A stretch of DNA of 48,206 nt, taken from Acetofilamentum sp. (GTDB lineage Bacteria; Bacteroidota; Bacteroidia; Bacteroidales; DTU049). The DNA lies in assembly GCA_020720525.1 (NCBI GenBank), contig DYON01000001.1, positions 1-48,206 on the forward strand, given 5' to 3'. Numbering within the stretch: position 1 is the first letter of the stretch; each line of letters starts with the position of its first letter. Positions 1 to 9,174 of the stretch are shown here, piece by piece. The notes under the pieces were generated by a model. It had not been told where the DNA came from, made no database searches, and saw nothing but the letters and a program-made list of their open reading frames with translations. A program made the translations under genes and the position numbers.

Positions 1-310
1 AAGGGAATCATAGCGCAAAGGTAACATATTACTTTTAATATTTGCAAATTTTCAATAATTACGAGTAAATAGAAACATAAGTTATTTTTAATCCCCCACG
101 CAGCCCCTACCCCCCTTTCTTCAATTGTAAATCTCAACCGATAAATTTTCATTGGCTTTTCTCGAATAATACTACAAAAAACTCCGCAAGCATTCGTCTT
201 TACAGTTGGAATATGCAATTTTCAACTGTTGTTCAATATCTCACTTGCATCAAAAAATTCACAACAATTATTGTGAAAAAAATATTGCTGCAATATTATC
301 GAGAAATTTG

Positions 311-318
311 TAACTTTG
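311..318 (+). promoter_or_regulatory. Candidate Bacteroidota sigma-A -7 box (TAACTTTG, fits TAnnTTTG) upstream of tRNA-Leu
   Basis: TAACTTTG ends 12 nt before the first tRNA base (331). A possible -33 TTG sits at 285-287, a rather long 23-nt spacing. The motif is short and occurs by chance in AT-rich DNA. Confidence 0.35.
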
Positions 319-330
319 CATCTCGATTAT

Positions 331-415
331 GCGGATGTGGCGTAATTGGTAGCCGCGCTAGACTTAGGATCTAGTGCCGTAAGGCGTGGGGGTTCGAGTC
401 CCTTCATCCGCACCA
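331..415 (+). tRNA. tRNA-Leu (anticodon TAG), class II with long variable arm, CCA encoded
   Basis: Cloverleaf read by eye. Acceptor stem is GCGGATG/CATCCGC. Anticodon stem is CTAGA/TCTAG with loop CTTAGGA, giving anticodon TAG. The 13-nt variable arm is TGCCGTAAGGCGT, the T-loop is GGTTCGAGTCC, and discriminator A is followed by CCA. Confidence 0.93.
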
Positions 416-418
416 TTA

Positions 419-445
419 GCCCGGTTTTCGGGCATTTGTTGTTTC
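419..445 (+). terminator. Possible intrinsic terminator or processing hairpin after tRNA-Leu
   Basis: GCCCG-GTTTT-CGGGC hairpin (419-433) followed by the T-rich tract ATTTGTTGTTT. The stem is only 5 bp. Confidence 0.4.
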
Positions 446-462
446 TAAAACAGTATGATTAT

Positions 463-1815
463 ATGAATTTCGAATTTGAAAAAACTGGCGAACTTACTGC
501 ATTACTGAAAGTACATATCGAATCGGCCGATTACCAACCCAATGTAGAAGAAAAATTGCGCCAATATCGCCGCAAAGCATCTATGCCAGGTTTTCGACCA
601 GGCAAAGTGCCTTTTGTAGTTATTAAAAAAATGTATGGCACTTCAATATTGTCCGACGAAGTTTTGCACACTGGTTCTGAAGCTATTTATAAATATCTTG
701 AAGAAAATAATATCGATTTCATCCTTTCTCCTTTATTGGACGACGACAAAGTCCATGATATTGAATGGAACGAAGGAAATACTTTTACATTCAACTTCGA
801 TGTTGCTCTGAGCCCCGAAATTGATCCTGTTGCCGACAATAGTCTAAGTTTTGTACGCTATAATGTTGCACGCGAAGAAAGCGATATTGAGAATTATTTG
901 GCCGACATCAGAGAACGCTACGGACGCTTCGATAAAGCCGAAAGCGTTGACGACAAAAGTTTTATTTCGGCTCAGGTTGTCGAAGTTGATAAAAAAGGTG
1001 AAGAAAAAGATGGTGGTCTCAATAAATTTATTCACTTGCGCGTTCGTTCGCTTCCCGAAAATTTGCAAGCCATGTTTTTGGGGAAAAAATCGGAAGAAGT
1101 TCTTACAATCGATATCGACAAAGATATTCCCAATGCCGACCACCGTACCGATGTGTTTAATACCGATATCGAATCTGCTCGGGCAATGACAGGCTATTAT
1201 AAACTCACCCTTCAAAGTGTGCTTACTATTATTCCTGCCGAATACGATGAAAAATTGTTCAATGAGGTTTTTCCCGACCAGCACATCGAAAACGAAGAGC
1301 AATTACGCGAGGCTATTCGTAATGATATTGAACGCACCTACGATAAAGAATCGCGCAAACAATTGTATTTCGACATTCAGAAAACAATGAAAAGCAAATT
1401 CAGCTTCGAATTGCCCGAAACTTTTCTGAAAAAATACATCAAGCAGCGCTCGGAAAAAGATCTTTCGGAAGAAGATATCGAAAAAGGCTATCATTTCTAT
1501 GCCGAAGACATGAAATGGCAGCTTATTGAGAATAAAATCATCAACAAATACAATCTTGCTGTTGGTCGCAACGAAGTTCGAAGCCACATTATTGAATTGC
1601 TTGGTCTTGCCGACCTCGATCAAAACGATGCTGATGTTAAAATGCGTGTCGATCAGGTTTACGATGTCATTGCTCAGGACAAAGAAAAAATGAGCAATTT
1701 AATCGACAACATGACCGATGAGAAAATTATCAAACTTTTCGAAGACAATTGCAAAATTGAAACAAAATCGCTCAATTGGAAAGAATTTACTACTTTAGTA
1801 AACGAAAAAAACTAG
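463..1815 (+). CDS. tig: Trigger factor (ribosome-associated chaperone / PPIase)
   Basis: 450 aa from ATG 463 (MNFEFEKTGEL...). Carries the N-domain signature GFRPGKVP and sits in the classic tig-clpP-clpX order. The ORF-track start at 346 runs through the tRNA and was rejected. Confidence 0.93.
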   Translation: MNFEFEKTGELTALLKVHIESADYQPNVEEKLRQYRRKASMPGFRPGKVPFVVIKKMYGTSILSDEVLHTGSEAIYKYLEENNIDFILSPLLDDDKVHDIEWNEGNTFTFNFDVALSPEIDPVADNSLSFVRYNVAREESDIENYLADIRERYGRFDKAESVDDKSFISAQVVEVDKKGEEKDGGLNKFIHLRVRSLPENLQAMFLGKKSEEVLTIDIDKDIPNADHRTDVFNTDIESARAMTGYYKLTLQSVLTIIPAEYDEKLFNEVFPDQHIENEEQLREAIRNDIERTYDKESRKQLYFDIQKTMKSKFSFELPETFLKKYIKQRSEKDLSEEDIEKGYHFYAEDMKWQLIENKIINKYNLAVGRNEVRSHIIELLGLADLDQNDADVKMRVDQVYDVIAQDKEKMSNLIDNMTDEKIIKLFEDNCKIETKSLNWKEFTTLVNEKN

Positions 1816-1821
1816 ACCAAT

Positions 1822-2502
1822 ATGAACTTTAACGACGAATTCAGGAAATACGCTATCAAGCACCGCGGCATCAATAGCTCGGTTTTCGATCAGTACAGAG
1901 GTGTTATTTCGGGCTATATTTCGCCAACCATTATCGAAGAACGCCAACTCAATATTGCCACTATGGACGTTTTTTCGCGTCTGATGATGGATCGTATTAT
2001 TTTTCTTGGTGTTCCTATCGACGATTATGTGGCCAATATTATTCAAGCACAGCTTCTTTTCCTCGAGTCGGTAGATGCTAGCAAAGATATTTCTATTTAT
2101 CTCAACACGCCTGGTGGTTCGGTATATGCAGGTTTAGGCATTTACGATACCATGCAGTATATTGTGCCCGATATTGCAACTATTTGCACTGGTATTGCTG
2201 CTTCTATGGGCGCTGTTTTGCTTTGCGCCGGAACACATGGCAAGCGCACAGCCCTGCCACACAGCCGCGTGATGATTCACCAACCAATGGGCGGTGCCGA
2301 AGGGCAAGCTTCCGACATCGAAATTATTGCAGTTGAAATTAAAAAGCTGAAAAACGAATTGTATCAAATTATTTCTGACCACAGCGGCCAAACCATCGAA
2401 AAAGTATGGAAAGATGGCGACCGCGACCATTGGATGATTGCCGAAGAAGCTCGCGAATACGGAATGATCGACGAAGTTCTACGTCGCGAAAAGAATAAAT
2501 AA
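1822..2502 (+). CDS. clpP: ATP-dependent Clp protease proteolytic subunit ClpP
   Basis: 226 aa. Catalytic Ser context GIAASMGAVLL, His context VMIHQP, and a DRD motif. Positioned between tig and clpX. Confidence 0.96.
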   Translation: MNFNDEFRKYAIKHRGINSSVFDQYRGVISGYISPTIIEERQLNIATMDVFSRLMMDRIIFLGVPIDDYVANIIQAQLLFLESVDASKDISIYLNTPGGSVYAGLGIYDTMQYIVPDIATICTGIAASMGAVLLCAGTHGKRTALPHSRVMIHQPMGGAEGQASDIEIIAVEIKKLKNELYQIISDHSGQTIEKVWKDGDRDHWMIAEEAREYGMIDEVLRREKNK

Positions 2503-2505
2503 AAT

Positions 2506-3738
2506 ATGGCCAAACCAACTGACCATTGTTCGTTTTGCGGCCGAAGCCAGCAAGAAGTTAAGCTCCTTATTACAGGAGTGAGTGGCAATATTTGCGAGGC
2601 TTGTGTCGAACAAGCTCAACTTATTATCAACGAAGAACTTTCGCTTAAAGGCGCAAAACCTACATCGCCCGAATCGTTCAAACTCCGAAAACCCAAAGAG
2701 ATATTCGAATTCTTAAACCAGTATGTAATTGGTCAAGACGAGTCGAAGCGTTTGCTATCGGTAGCAGTTTACAACCATTTTAAACGAATTGGAGTGAAAG
2801 ACTCTGAGGTTGAAATCGAAAAAAGCAATATTGTTTTGGTTGGCGAAACTGGTACTGGAAAAACACTGTTGGCAAAAACCATTGCTCGTTTTCTCGAAGT
2901 TCCTTTTGCCATAGCCGATGCCACAGCGCTTACCGAAGCTGGATATGTTGGCGAAGATGTCGAAAGCATTCTTGCTCGGCTGTTGCAAGTGGCCGACTAC
3001 GACGTGAAAGCTGCCGAAAGGGGAATTATTTTTATCGACGAAATAGATAAAATTTCGCGCAAATCCGACAACCCAAGCATCACACGCGATGTGAGCGGCG
3101 AAGGGGTTCAGCAAGCTCTCCTGAAAATGCTCGAAGGTGCAATTGTAAACGTTCCTCCTCAAGGTGGGCGCAAACACCCCGAGCAAAAATACATTCAAGT
3201 GAACACCCAAAACATTTTGTTTATTTGTGGGGGGGCTTTTGATGGAATTGACAAAATAATTGCTACTCGGCTTAAAACTTCTTCTATTGGTTATCGCAAA
3301 AAAGGCGACCAGAAGGAATTCGACAAGGATAATCTGCTTCAATATATTGCATCCGAAGACCTTCGTAAATTTGGGCTAATTCCCGAATTGGTTGGTCGCC
3401 TGCCAGTTTTGGCTCATTTGCATCCACTCGACGAAAATGCCATGCTGCAAATTCTTACTCAGCCCAAGAACTCTCTGGTGAAGCAATACAAAGCTTTGTT
3501 CGAAATGGATGGAGTTGCACTCGATTTTACCAACGACGGTTTGAAAGAAATTGCACATTTAGCTATTGCAAGCAAACTAGGAGCACGCGGACTACGTTCC
3601 ATTATGGAAAAAATCATGACCGATCTCATGTTCGACCTGCCCGAATCGGGAATGGAGAAAAAAGTGAAAATCAATGCAGCCTTCATCAAATCTAAGTTGA
3701 AAAACCATCCCGATGTGCAAATGAAAGTTGCTTCATAA
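2506..3738 (+). CDS. clpX: ATP-dependent Clp protease ATP-binding subunit ClpX
   Basis: 410 aa. N-terminal C4 zinc finger (CSFCG...CEAC), Walker A GETGTGKT, Walker [10 protein letters not shown], and GYVGEDV. Confidence 0.97.
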   Translation: MAKPTDHCSFCGRSQQEVKLLITGVSGNICEACVEQAQLIINEELSLKGAKPTSPESFKLRKPKEIFEFLNQYVIGQDESKRLLSVAVYNHFKRIGVKDSEVEIEKSNIVLVGETGTGKTLLAKTIARFLEVPFAIADATALTEAGYVGEDVESILARLLQVADYDVKAAERGIIFIDEIDKISRKSDNPSITRDVSGEGVQQALLKMLEGAIVNVPPQGGRKHPEQKYIQVNTQNILFICGGAFDGIDKIIATRLKTSSIGYRKKGDQKEFDKDNLLQYIASEDLRKFGLIPELVGRLPVLAHLHPLDENAMLQILTQPKNSLVKQYKALFEMDGVALDFTNDGLKEIAHLAIASKLGARGLRSIMEKIMTDLMFDLPESGMEKKVKINAAFIKSKLKNHPDVQMKVAS

Positions 3739-3776
3739 ATTGGCAAAAGAATTGTATTTAGCTCGAAATTATTTCC

Positions 3777-4376
3777 ATGAAAATTGCTGCTGTTATATTC
3801 ACCCTTTTACTTTCATGTGGTCTCGCTCAGGCGCAAGATCCCGATCCCAAAGGCGAAGTTAAGGGTATTGTTACAAAAGCAGTAATTATTGAAGGGGACA
3901 CTGTTCCGCTTTTTTGGATTCCAACAGTACGCATCTACGGCCCAATAATTTTCAAATCGAAAGTTCAGGTAATCACTTTTACCCGTCTGGTTCGTCATAT
4001 CAAACGGGTGTATCCTTATGCTAAATATATTGGCAACAAGGTGAATGAATACAATACCTACCTCAATTCGATAGCTAACGAGAGGCAAAGAGAAAAAGAG
4101 CTCGACCGCATCGAAAAAGAACTCCGTGGACAATTTGAAGAAGAACTTAAAAAACTAACTTTCACTCAAGGTAAGATTTTAATGAAATTAATCTATCGTG
4201 AAACAAATTCTACTACATACAACTTAATAAGAGATTTTAGAGGTTCTATAACAGCATTTTTTTGGCAGTCGCTTGGAACTGTGTTTGGTTATAATTTAAA
4301 AGTAACTTACGACCCAGTTGGAGCCGACCGCGATATTGAGAATATCGTGATTATGATAGAAAACGGAACCATTTAG
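3777..4376 (+). CDS. Secreted protein of unknown function, DUF4294-like
   Basis: 199 aa with signal peptide MKIAAVIFTLLLSCGLAQAQ. The motif LTFTQGKILMKLIYRETNSTTYNLIRDFRGSITAFFWQ matches my recollection of the Bacteroidota DUF4294 family. Not verified by search. Confidence 0.6.
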   Translation: MKIAAVIFTLLLSCGLAQAQDPDPKGEVKGIVTKAVIIEGDTVPLFWIPTVRIYGPIIFKSKVQVITFTRLVRHIKRVYPYAKYIGNKVNEYNTYLNSIANERQREKELDRIEKELRGQFEEELKKLTFTQGKILMKLIYRETNSTTYNLIRDFRGSITAFFWQSLGTVFGYNLKVTYDPVGADRDIENIVIMIENGTI

Positions 4377-4426
4377 AAATCCATCACCGCCCACGAGTTT
4401 ATCAAGCTGAAAGCGAGACCTCAATT

Positions 4427-4975
4427 CTATTCATCAATCGAAATAACTTCGAGTAGCAATTCGTCTTTCATAACCGATTGCGATGCAGTTACCTTTATTT
4501 TTTTCACCAAGCCATTAAATGGAGCTTGAATCTCGTTTTGCATTTTCATGGCTTCGAGTGTGAGCAATGGTTCGCCTGCGTTCACCAGATCGCCTTCGGC
4601 AACAAAAATATCGATGATTTTACCAGGCATTGGTGCCACAATATTGCTGTCGGAAACTGCTTTTTCGCCTTTGTTGAGAATGCGTTGTCGTAAATATGAC
4701 GAGAGAGACTCGATGCTGTATTTGTATTCTACTCCATTCACAAGAATGCTGTATTTGTTTTGATCTTGCCCATTAATAACACAATGAAAACGTTGTCCTT
4801 TCCAATAAAAACAATAATTGAATTCAGAATTATCCACAATTTTGATGGGTAGTTCTTTCCCGTCGATGATTGGTTCGGATTGAACTGGTAGATATATTTT
4901 AAATCGTTTGCCATTGTCGCGCAGGGCTATAAACAATCGAGAAGCATCGCGCCGATATACATAATTTGTTGCCAT
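4427..4975 (-). CDS. Biotin carboxyl carrier protein (biotinyl domain with an N-terminal extension of about 110 aa)
   Basis: 182 aa. C-terminal biotinylation motif EAMKMQNEI within a biotin/lipoyl-attachment fold. Its ATG lies 2 nt after the stop of the upstream biotin carboxylase gene. Confidence 0.88.
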   Translation of the reverse strand: MATNYVYRRDASRLFIALRDNGKRFKIYLPVQSEPIIDGKELPIKIVDNSEFNYCFYWKGQRFHCVINGQDQNKYSILVNGVEYKYSIESLSSYLRQRILNKGEKAVSDSNIVAPMPGKIIDIFVAEGDLVNAGEPLLTLEAMKMQNEIQAPFNGLVKKIKVTASQSVMKDELLLEVISIDE

Positions 4976-4977
4976 AA

Positions 4978-6474
4978 CTATTTATTTATTCTTTTATTCA
5001 AAACCCACATACTCATCGATTCGTTGGTGAAACCAGGCGAATTTGATGCAATCTCGTTGTATTCCATCGAGTATGCAATCGATGCAGCCAATGCGCCAAT
5101 CATCTCCTCGTCTTCGTTGTAAAACATTTCAGGCGAATAGTTGTCTTCGACCCACCTTGTTGTGTATTTGCCCGAAATGAAATCGGGATGCCGAAGCACC
5201 ACTCTGCAAAATGGAATAGTAGTTTTTAATCCAGTTATTCTAACAGCATCAAGAGCTTTAATCATCTTTGCTGTTGCATTTTGGCGGTTGCTGTCGTGAA
5301 CAATTACTTTAGCAGCCATCGAATCGAAATATGGAGTAATAACCGAGCCATTTGCTATGCCAGTCTCGATTCGGATTCCAGACCCTTCGGGAAAAAGAAC
5401 TCTTTCAATAAAACCTGTTTCGGGAGCAAACCGGTTTTGAGTATCTTCGGTGTTTACCCTGCATTCGATTGCCCAGCCCTGCAATTGTATATCGCTTTGC
5501 CGAAGAGACAACTGTTCGTTCAATGCAATTCTGATTTGCCATTCAATCAAATCTACACCTGTTATCATTTCTGTAACTGGATGCTCCACTTGAATTCGGG
5601 TGTTCATTTCCATGAAATAATACGAACCGTCTTCGGCAACAATAAATTCGATGGTTCCAGCAGAATAGTAGCCGATTTTTTTCGAAAATCGAACAGCCAA
5701 TTCGCCCATTTCGCGCCGTTTTTCGTCGCTGAGACTCGGCGAAGGAGCCTCCTCAATCATTTTTTGATGTTTGCGTTGCAACGAGCATTCTCGTTCTCCT
5801 AAATGAATCACATTCCCATGTTGGTCGCCTATGATCTGAAATTCGATATGCTTCGGATTGGCTATATATTTTTCTATAAACAAATTGTCGTTCCCAAAAG
5901 CCGACCGCGATTCGTCGGCTGCCGACTTAAAATGACGCACCATAGTTTCGGGCTTATCAACAACTCGCATTCCACGCCCACCACCGCCAGCCGAAGCTTT
6001 TAGCAAAACTGGATACCCAATTGAGTTGGCAATTTGAATTGCTTCTTCGGCCGACGCAACTGTTCCATTGCTTCCAGGTACCAAGGGCATTCCAGCAGTG
6101 AGTGCCATTTCTTTTGCAACGGTTTTAAGCCCCATATTCCGAATTAGTTCGGGAGAGGGCCCAATAAAAATAATACCTTTTTCTCTACATAAATCGGCAA
6201 AATCTGGATTCTCTGAAAGAAATCCATAACCTGGATGAATCAAATCGATTTTGTATTCCAATGCAAGGGCTACAACCTTTTCGGGTTGTAGAAATATAGG
6301 CTTTTCGTCGGCTGAGCCGTTTACTGAAATCACCTCATCGGCTTGCTGAATATATAATGCGTCCGATTCGCGAGCACTTTGGAGAACTACTGTGGTAATT
6401 CCCATTTGCTTGGCAGTGCGCATAATTCGAATGGCTATTTCGCCGCGGTTTACAATAAGCAATCGTTTGTTCAT
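4978..6474 (-). CDS. Biotin carboxylase subunit of an acyl-CoA (acetyl/propionyl-type) carboxylase
   Basis: 498 aa. ATP-grasp biotin carboxylase motifs: LLIVNRGEIAIRI, GGGGRGMRVV, EMNTRIQVEHPVTE. Confidence 0.93.
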   Translation of the reverse strand: MNKRLLIVNRGEIAIRIMRTAKQMGITTVVLQSARESDALYIQQADEVISVNGSADEKPIFLQPEKVVALALEYKIDLIHPGYGFLSENPDFADLCREKGIIFIGPSPELIRNMGLKTVAKEMALTAGMPLVPGSNGTVASAEEAIQIANSIGYPVLLKASAGGGGRGMRVVDKPETMVRHFKSAADESRSAFGNDNLFIEKYIANPKHIEFQIIGDQHGNVIHLGERECSLQRKHQKMIEEAPSPSLSDEKRREMGELAVRFSKKIGYYSAGTIEFIVAEDGSYYFMEMNTRIQVEHPVTEMITGVDLIEWQIRIALNEQLSLRQSDIQLQGWAIECRVNTEDTQNRFAPETGFIERVLFPEGSGIRIETGIANGSVITPYFDSMAAKVIVHDSNRQNATAKMIKALDAVRITGLKTTIPFCRVVLRHPDFISGKYTTRWVEDNYSPEMFYNEDEEMIGALAASIAYSMEYNEIASNSPGFTNESMSMWVLNKRINK

Positions 6475-6484
6475 TCAATTGTTT

Positions 6485-8017
6485 TTAAAGTGGAATGTTG
6501 CCGTGTTTTCTCGATAGTGGAGAATACTGCTTGTTCGATAATATTTCGAAAGCTGTGATTAAAATATTTCTCGTATCGGATGGTTTGATTACTTCATCGA
6601 TAAGCCCGAGTTCTTCGGCACGAAATGGATTGGCGATTTCGTTTTTGTATTTGTCAATGAGTTCCTTCTCTAGCTCAGCTGGGTTTTTGGACTTAGCAAG
6701 CTCAGCGCGATTTACAATTTTTATAGCTCCTGCTGGTCCCATTACCGCAATTTCGGCACTAGCCCATGCAAAATTGAAATCGCCTCCTGTGTTTTTGCTG
6801 CTCATTACAATATATGCGCCACCGTACGATTTGCGCAAAATAACAGTGATTTTGGGTACAGTAGCTTCGCAAAATGCATACAACAACTTAGCTCCATGCT
6901 TAATAATACCACTATGCTCCTGATCTACGCCTGGCAAAAACCCTGGAACATCTTCGAGTATTAACAGGGGAATATTATAAGCATCGCAAAACCGCACAAA
7001 ACGAGCACCTTTCAAACTTGCGTTAATATCCAATGTTCCGGCAAGTACTTTAGGTTGATTGGCCACAACGCCAATAGTTTTTCCATTCAGACGACCAAAA
7101 CCCACCATTATGTTTTGGGCAAATTTCTCGTGTACCTCGAAAAAGGTGTCTTTGTCGAGTAGAATTTGTATCACTTCTTTCACGTCGTAGGGTCTATTGG
7201 CGTCGTCGGGAATAATTTTGTCGAGATACTCTTGGCGTGCTTCGTGGAATTGTATATGCGTCGATAATGGCAAAGGCTCGAAATTGTTCGAAGGTAAGTA
7301 GGCCAACAACTTTCGAACGGCTAGAATGGCATGTTCTTCGTCGTCGTAAACAAAATGAGCAACACCACTTTTCGATGCATGCACATTCCCTCCACCAAGG
7401 CTTTCCATGTCGATATCTTCGTTCAAAACTTCCTTTATAACATCGGGACCAGTAACAAACATAAACGATGTTTTGTCGGTCATGAAAACAAAATCGGTTA
7501 AAGCTGGTGAATACACCGCTCCCCCAGCGGCAGGTCCCAAAATTACACTTATTTGTGGTATGATTCCTGATGAACGAACGTTGTTTCGAAATATGGTAGC
7601 ATATGCCGACAAACTTTTGATGCCTTCTTGAATTCGCGCTCCACCCGAATCGATGAGTCCAATAATAGGTGCGCCTAGCTTGAAAGCCATTTCTTGAACC
7701 TGAGCAATTTTGCTCCCATGAGCAAACCCAAGCGAGCCACCCAAAACAGTGAAGTCTTGAGCAAAAGCAAATACACTACGTCCTTGAATAAGACCTCGCC
7801 CAGCTATAACTCCATCGCCAGATGCTGCTTTTTTTGCTGCAGCCGATTGATGGGGCTCAACAAATGCACCTATTTCGAAGAAAGTCCCTTCGTCGAAGAG
7901 AATATTCAATCGCTCACGGGCGGTAAGTTTACCTTTCTGGTGTTGCTTCTGCACCGCATTTTCTTCGGTGTCGCGCAACGATGTAAGTCTGTTTTCAAAA
8001 GCTTCCTGTTGATTCAT
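6485..8017 (-). CDS. Acyl-CoA carboxylase carboxyltransferase subunit (propionyl-CoA carboxylase beta / methylmalonyl-CoA carboxyltransferase family)
   Basis: 510 aa. Has the two-lobed carboxyltransferase pattern (DSGGARIQEG, GPAAGGAVYSPALTDF, LEDVPGFLPG, RKSYGGAYIVM). First gene of the minus-strand operon. Confidence 0.92.
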   Translation of the reverse strand: MNQQEAFENRLTSLRDTEENAVQKQHQKGKLTARERLNILFDEGTFFEIGAFVEPHQSAAAKKAASGDGVIAGRGLIQGRSVFAFAQDFTVLGGSLGFAHGSKIAQVQEMAFKLGAPIIGLIDSGGARIQEGIKSLSAYATIFRNNVRSSGIIPQISVILGPAAGGAVYSPALTDFVFMTDKTSFMFVTGPDVIKEVLNEDIDMESLGGGNVHASKSGVAHFVYDDEEHAILAVRKLLAYLPSNNFEPLPLSTHIQFHEARQEYLDKIIPDDANRPYDVKEVIQILLDKDTFFEVHEKFAQNIMVGFGRLNGKTIGVVANQPKVLAGTLDINASLKGARFVRFCDAYNIPLLILEDVPGFLPGVDQEHSGIIKHGAKLLYAFCEATVPKITVILRKSYGGAYIVMSSKNTGGDFNFAWASAEIAVMGPAGAIKIVNRAELAKSKNPAELEKELIDKYKNEIANPFRAEELGLIDEVIKPSDTRNILITAFEILSNKQYSPLSRKHGNIPL

Positions 8018-8041
8018 AGATTTCTTTTAAATACAAAGCAA

Positions 8042-8049
8042 CAAAGATA
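8042..8049 (-). promoter_or_regulatory. Candidate -7 box (TATCTTTG on the minus strand) for the carboxylase operon
   Basis: The reverse complement of CAAAGATA fits TAnnTTTG and lies 25 nt upstream of ATG 8017. No convincing -33 TTG at the standard spacing. Confidence 0.3.
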
Positions 8050-8164
8050 AACTTTTTATAGAATTGGGGTTCTAATTTATCACAAATCCAAATAATGCTT
8101 GTCATATTTTCAAGATATTGTGGACTTTAGCTTTCTAATACTATTCTAAACAAATAATCTGAGT

Positions 8165-9169
8165 ATGAAACACCATATATTATTGCTCTTTTTACTGCTG
8201 ATGAGCAGTCAACTTAAAGCTCAAAAGCATATTGTATTAGCCGACATGGAATTCCGAATTCGCAATAGCAGTAGTGAAATGTTGTGGTTTGGATTGGCCG
8301 AAGGCGACAAAATTGAATTTGAACTTTCTGTTTACGATAGTTCAAGTCTGCGTAGTTTTACTTTTGCCGAATACGAGGGTGGCGATATCTTTAAAGAAAT
8401 CAATACAAGTAAAATTGAAAAGAAGACCATCAATATTGCGCATCAGGGAATATATTTCTTCGACCTTTATCAAACTGGTTTTTTGGCAGGTAAGCGTTTT
8501 GGACATATCAAAGTGCTTCGCTATCCCGCATCGAATGAAACAAAAGATTTTAATACCACTGTTTATTGGAAAACAGTGCCCGACACAGCTTGGTACACCG
8601 AAAACGATACTGTGCTCGACCGAATTGACACAATAGCGACCATGATTGCAATGCAGCATGTCGATCTTGGCAAAAAAGCAAAAGACAACCGTGCAGTAAT
8701 TCATTTTAGCATTCCAGATAGCACCGATTGTTGGGGCTGGTTTATTGCAGCGGGATCGGAAGGCGACATGATTTATAACGGAATGACCGAAAATTTAAGC
8801 GAGGCAAACCCAGTGGTCCGAAATCATGGTTTGATTGGTTATATTGCTTTGGGAGGCAAAATGGGTGTTGTGGAAAATCCAAACACAACATGGATTAAAG
8901 CTGGTTTCACCAACAGCAGCAAAATTGCTGATGAATTTCTTTGGGATGGGGTAGTATGCGATTCGTTGATGAACCGCATTTCTGTTGATGGAAATTGTGT
9001 TTGCAACTCCAAATCAAATACATACAGCCTCATGCTTATGAACGTATATAGAAAAAAAACAATGGCAATGATTTACATCGATGCAGTTAGAATCAAAAGC
9101 ATATATGCTGTAAGGAGTATTAGGAAATTTGAAATTGTCGAAAAACAAGTTCCTTACTTGAAGCAGTAA
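8165..9169 (+). CDS. Hypothetical secreted protein
   Basis: 334 aa with signal peptide MKHHILLLFLLLMSSQLKAQ. I recognise no family. Confidence 0.7.
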   Translation: MKHHILLLFLLLMSSQLKAQKHIVLADMEFRIRNSSSEMLWFGLAEGDKIEFELSVYDSSSLRSFTFAEYEGGDIFKEINTSKIEKKTINIAHQGIYFFDLYQTGFLAGKRFGHIKVLRYPASNETKDFNTTVYWKTVPDTAWYTENDTVLDRIDTIATMIAMQHVDLGKKAKDNRAVIHFSIPDSTDCWGWFIAAGSEGDMIYNGMTENLSEANPVVRNHGLIGYIALGGKMGVVENPNTTWIKAGFTNSSKIADEFLWDGVVCDSLMNRISVDGNCVCNSKSNTYSLMLMNVYRKKTMAMIYIDAVRIKSIYAVRSIRKFEIVEKQVPYLKQ

Positions 9170-9174
9170 GTTGG

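Noticed and set aside
346-462. N-terminal 39 codons of the ORF-track ORF 346..1815
   Set aside because: It begins at a TTG inside tRNA-Leu (331-415) and translates the tRNA and its terminator hairpin. The trigger-factor sequence proper starts at ATG 463.
2755-3342. 195-aa antisense ORF in clpX, and similar antisense ORFs in tig, the carboxylase genes, the porin (39153..39650, 40117..40668) and the lectin gene (12102..12548)
   Set aside because: All lie inside strongly supported conserved genes and show no motifs. They are typical shadow ORFs.
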